Shown here: one piece after another, positions 63,335 to 64,000 of the stretch | How the letters are laid out: each line of letters opens with the position of its first letter | How positions within the stretch are numbered: the first letter of the stretch is position 1 | Assembly: GCA_963666975.2 (NCBI GenBank) | Contig: CAXVYR010000003.1 | Coordinates: 64,001 to 128,000, forward strand | Source: Terriglobia bacterium | Lineage (GTDB): Bacteria > Acidobacteriota > Terriglobia > 2-12-FULL-54-10 | DNA: 64,000 nt | Direction: 5' to 3' | Made by a program: the position numbers and the translations under genes | Notes under the pieces: model-generated | Seen by the model: only the letters and a program-made list of their open reading frames with translations | Databases searched by the model: none | What the model was told of the DNA's origin: nothing

Positions 63335-64000
63335 ATGACGAAAAGCGGATACCGGCTCCAGCCGCGCCCTTCCATTGTGCGTATGGACTCGTACCGCCCT
63401 CCCAGCAGCGGGCGGGGCGGGAAGGTTCGCCTGGATTTCAACGAGAATACTGTGGGCTGCTCGGCGCGCGTGCTGCGGCTGCTCAGGAAAATTCCTGCCG
63501 CCGGGTTTGCGGTCTACCCCGAGTATGAAAAGGCTTTGCCGAAATTCGCGCGGCATTTCGGGGTGAGCGCCGGCCAGCTCACATTAACCAATGGCACCGA
63601 TGAGGCCATCCAATTGGTTGTCAACACATTCGTCAATGCCGGGGATCGCGTCGTGGTGTTGCGGCCCAGCTATGCCATGTACCGCTTTTACGCGCAGGTG
63701 GCAGGCGCCCGCATCGAGGAAGTAAAATACCTTCCCGACATGAGCTTTCCGGAACAGAAGCTCCTGAAGTCGGTCAGCGCCGGCGCGCGGGCGGTTTTCC
63801 TGGCCAACCCCAACAACCCTACGGGGACCTCGGCTTCTCCGGCGCAACTCAGATCGCTATTGAAAGCGGCGCCGCGTGCTGCGGTTTTGATCGATGAGGC
63901 GTATTTTGAATTTTTCGGCCAGACGGTTATTCCCTGGATTTCGCGCTACCCGAATCTGTTTGTCTCTCGAACCTTCTCCAAAGTGTACGGTCTGGCGGCG
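63335..64000 (+). CDS. hisC: Histidinol-phosphate aminotransferase, runs off the window
   Basis: RLDFNEN, TNGTDEAI, NPNNPTG, IDEAYFEF, SRTFSKVYGLA. Confidence 0.93.
   Translation, partial: MTKSGYRLQPRPSIVRMDSYRPPSSGRGGKVRLDFNENTVGCSARVLRLLRKIPAAGFAVYPEYEKALPKFARHFGVSAGQLTLTNGTDEAIQLVVNTFVNAGDRVVVLRPSYAMYRFYAQVAGARIEEVKYLPDMSFPEQKLLKSVSAGARAVFLANPNNPTGTSASPAQLRSLLKAAPRAAVLIDEAYFEFFGQTVIPWISRYPNLFVSRTFSKVYGLAA

Overview
A GC-rich bacterial chromosome segment, most consistent with Acidobacteriota (inferred from the TIGR03437-type NHL/BACON surface protein, the pilin N-terminus and the gene set; no database search was run). Bases 1 to about 23,265 are a heavily IS-eroded accessory region with IS1380, IS6, an IS110 remnant, IS1595 interrupted by IS256, IS3, two IS5 copies and an IS21 fragment. 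Its cargo is a Mo-oxidoreductase pair, a large class III nucleotidyl-cyclase-like protein and an NHL/BACON protein. It ends at the 5' half of a tRNA-Arg(UCU) gene broken at the anticodon loop, which looks like an att site. The remainder is mostly core genome: pagL-like, sufT-like (frameshifted), trxB, an iron-uptake operon, nuoB, ygfZ-like, an M28 peptidase, pdxST, a sigma54-driven pilin facing a glycosylation cluster, comF, dksA/traR, acs, and an attenuated his operon. The best candidate for an undescribed system is the Fur-box-preceded operon FTR1-DUF2318 fusion + two FtsX/MacB permeases + an ABC ATPase fused to a DtxR metal-binding domain whose HTH is degenerate, i.e. a possibly self-regulating iron importer. 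Other notable items absent from the ORF track: a CxxU selenoprotein with SECIS, a His-rich leader peptide, an integron-like cassette at an attI-like site, a REP-flanked GIY-YIG element, a HEPN gene split by one amber codon, and a remnant of a displaced acs. All functional calls come from motif recognition by eye.
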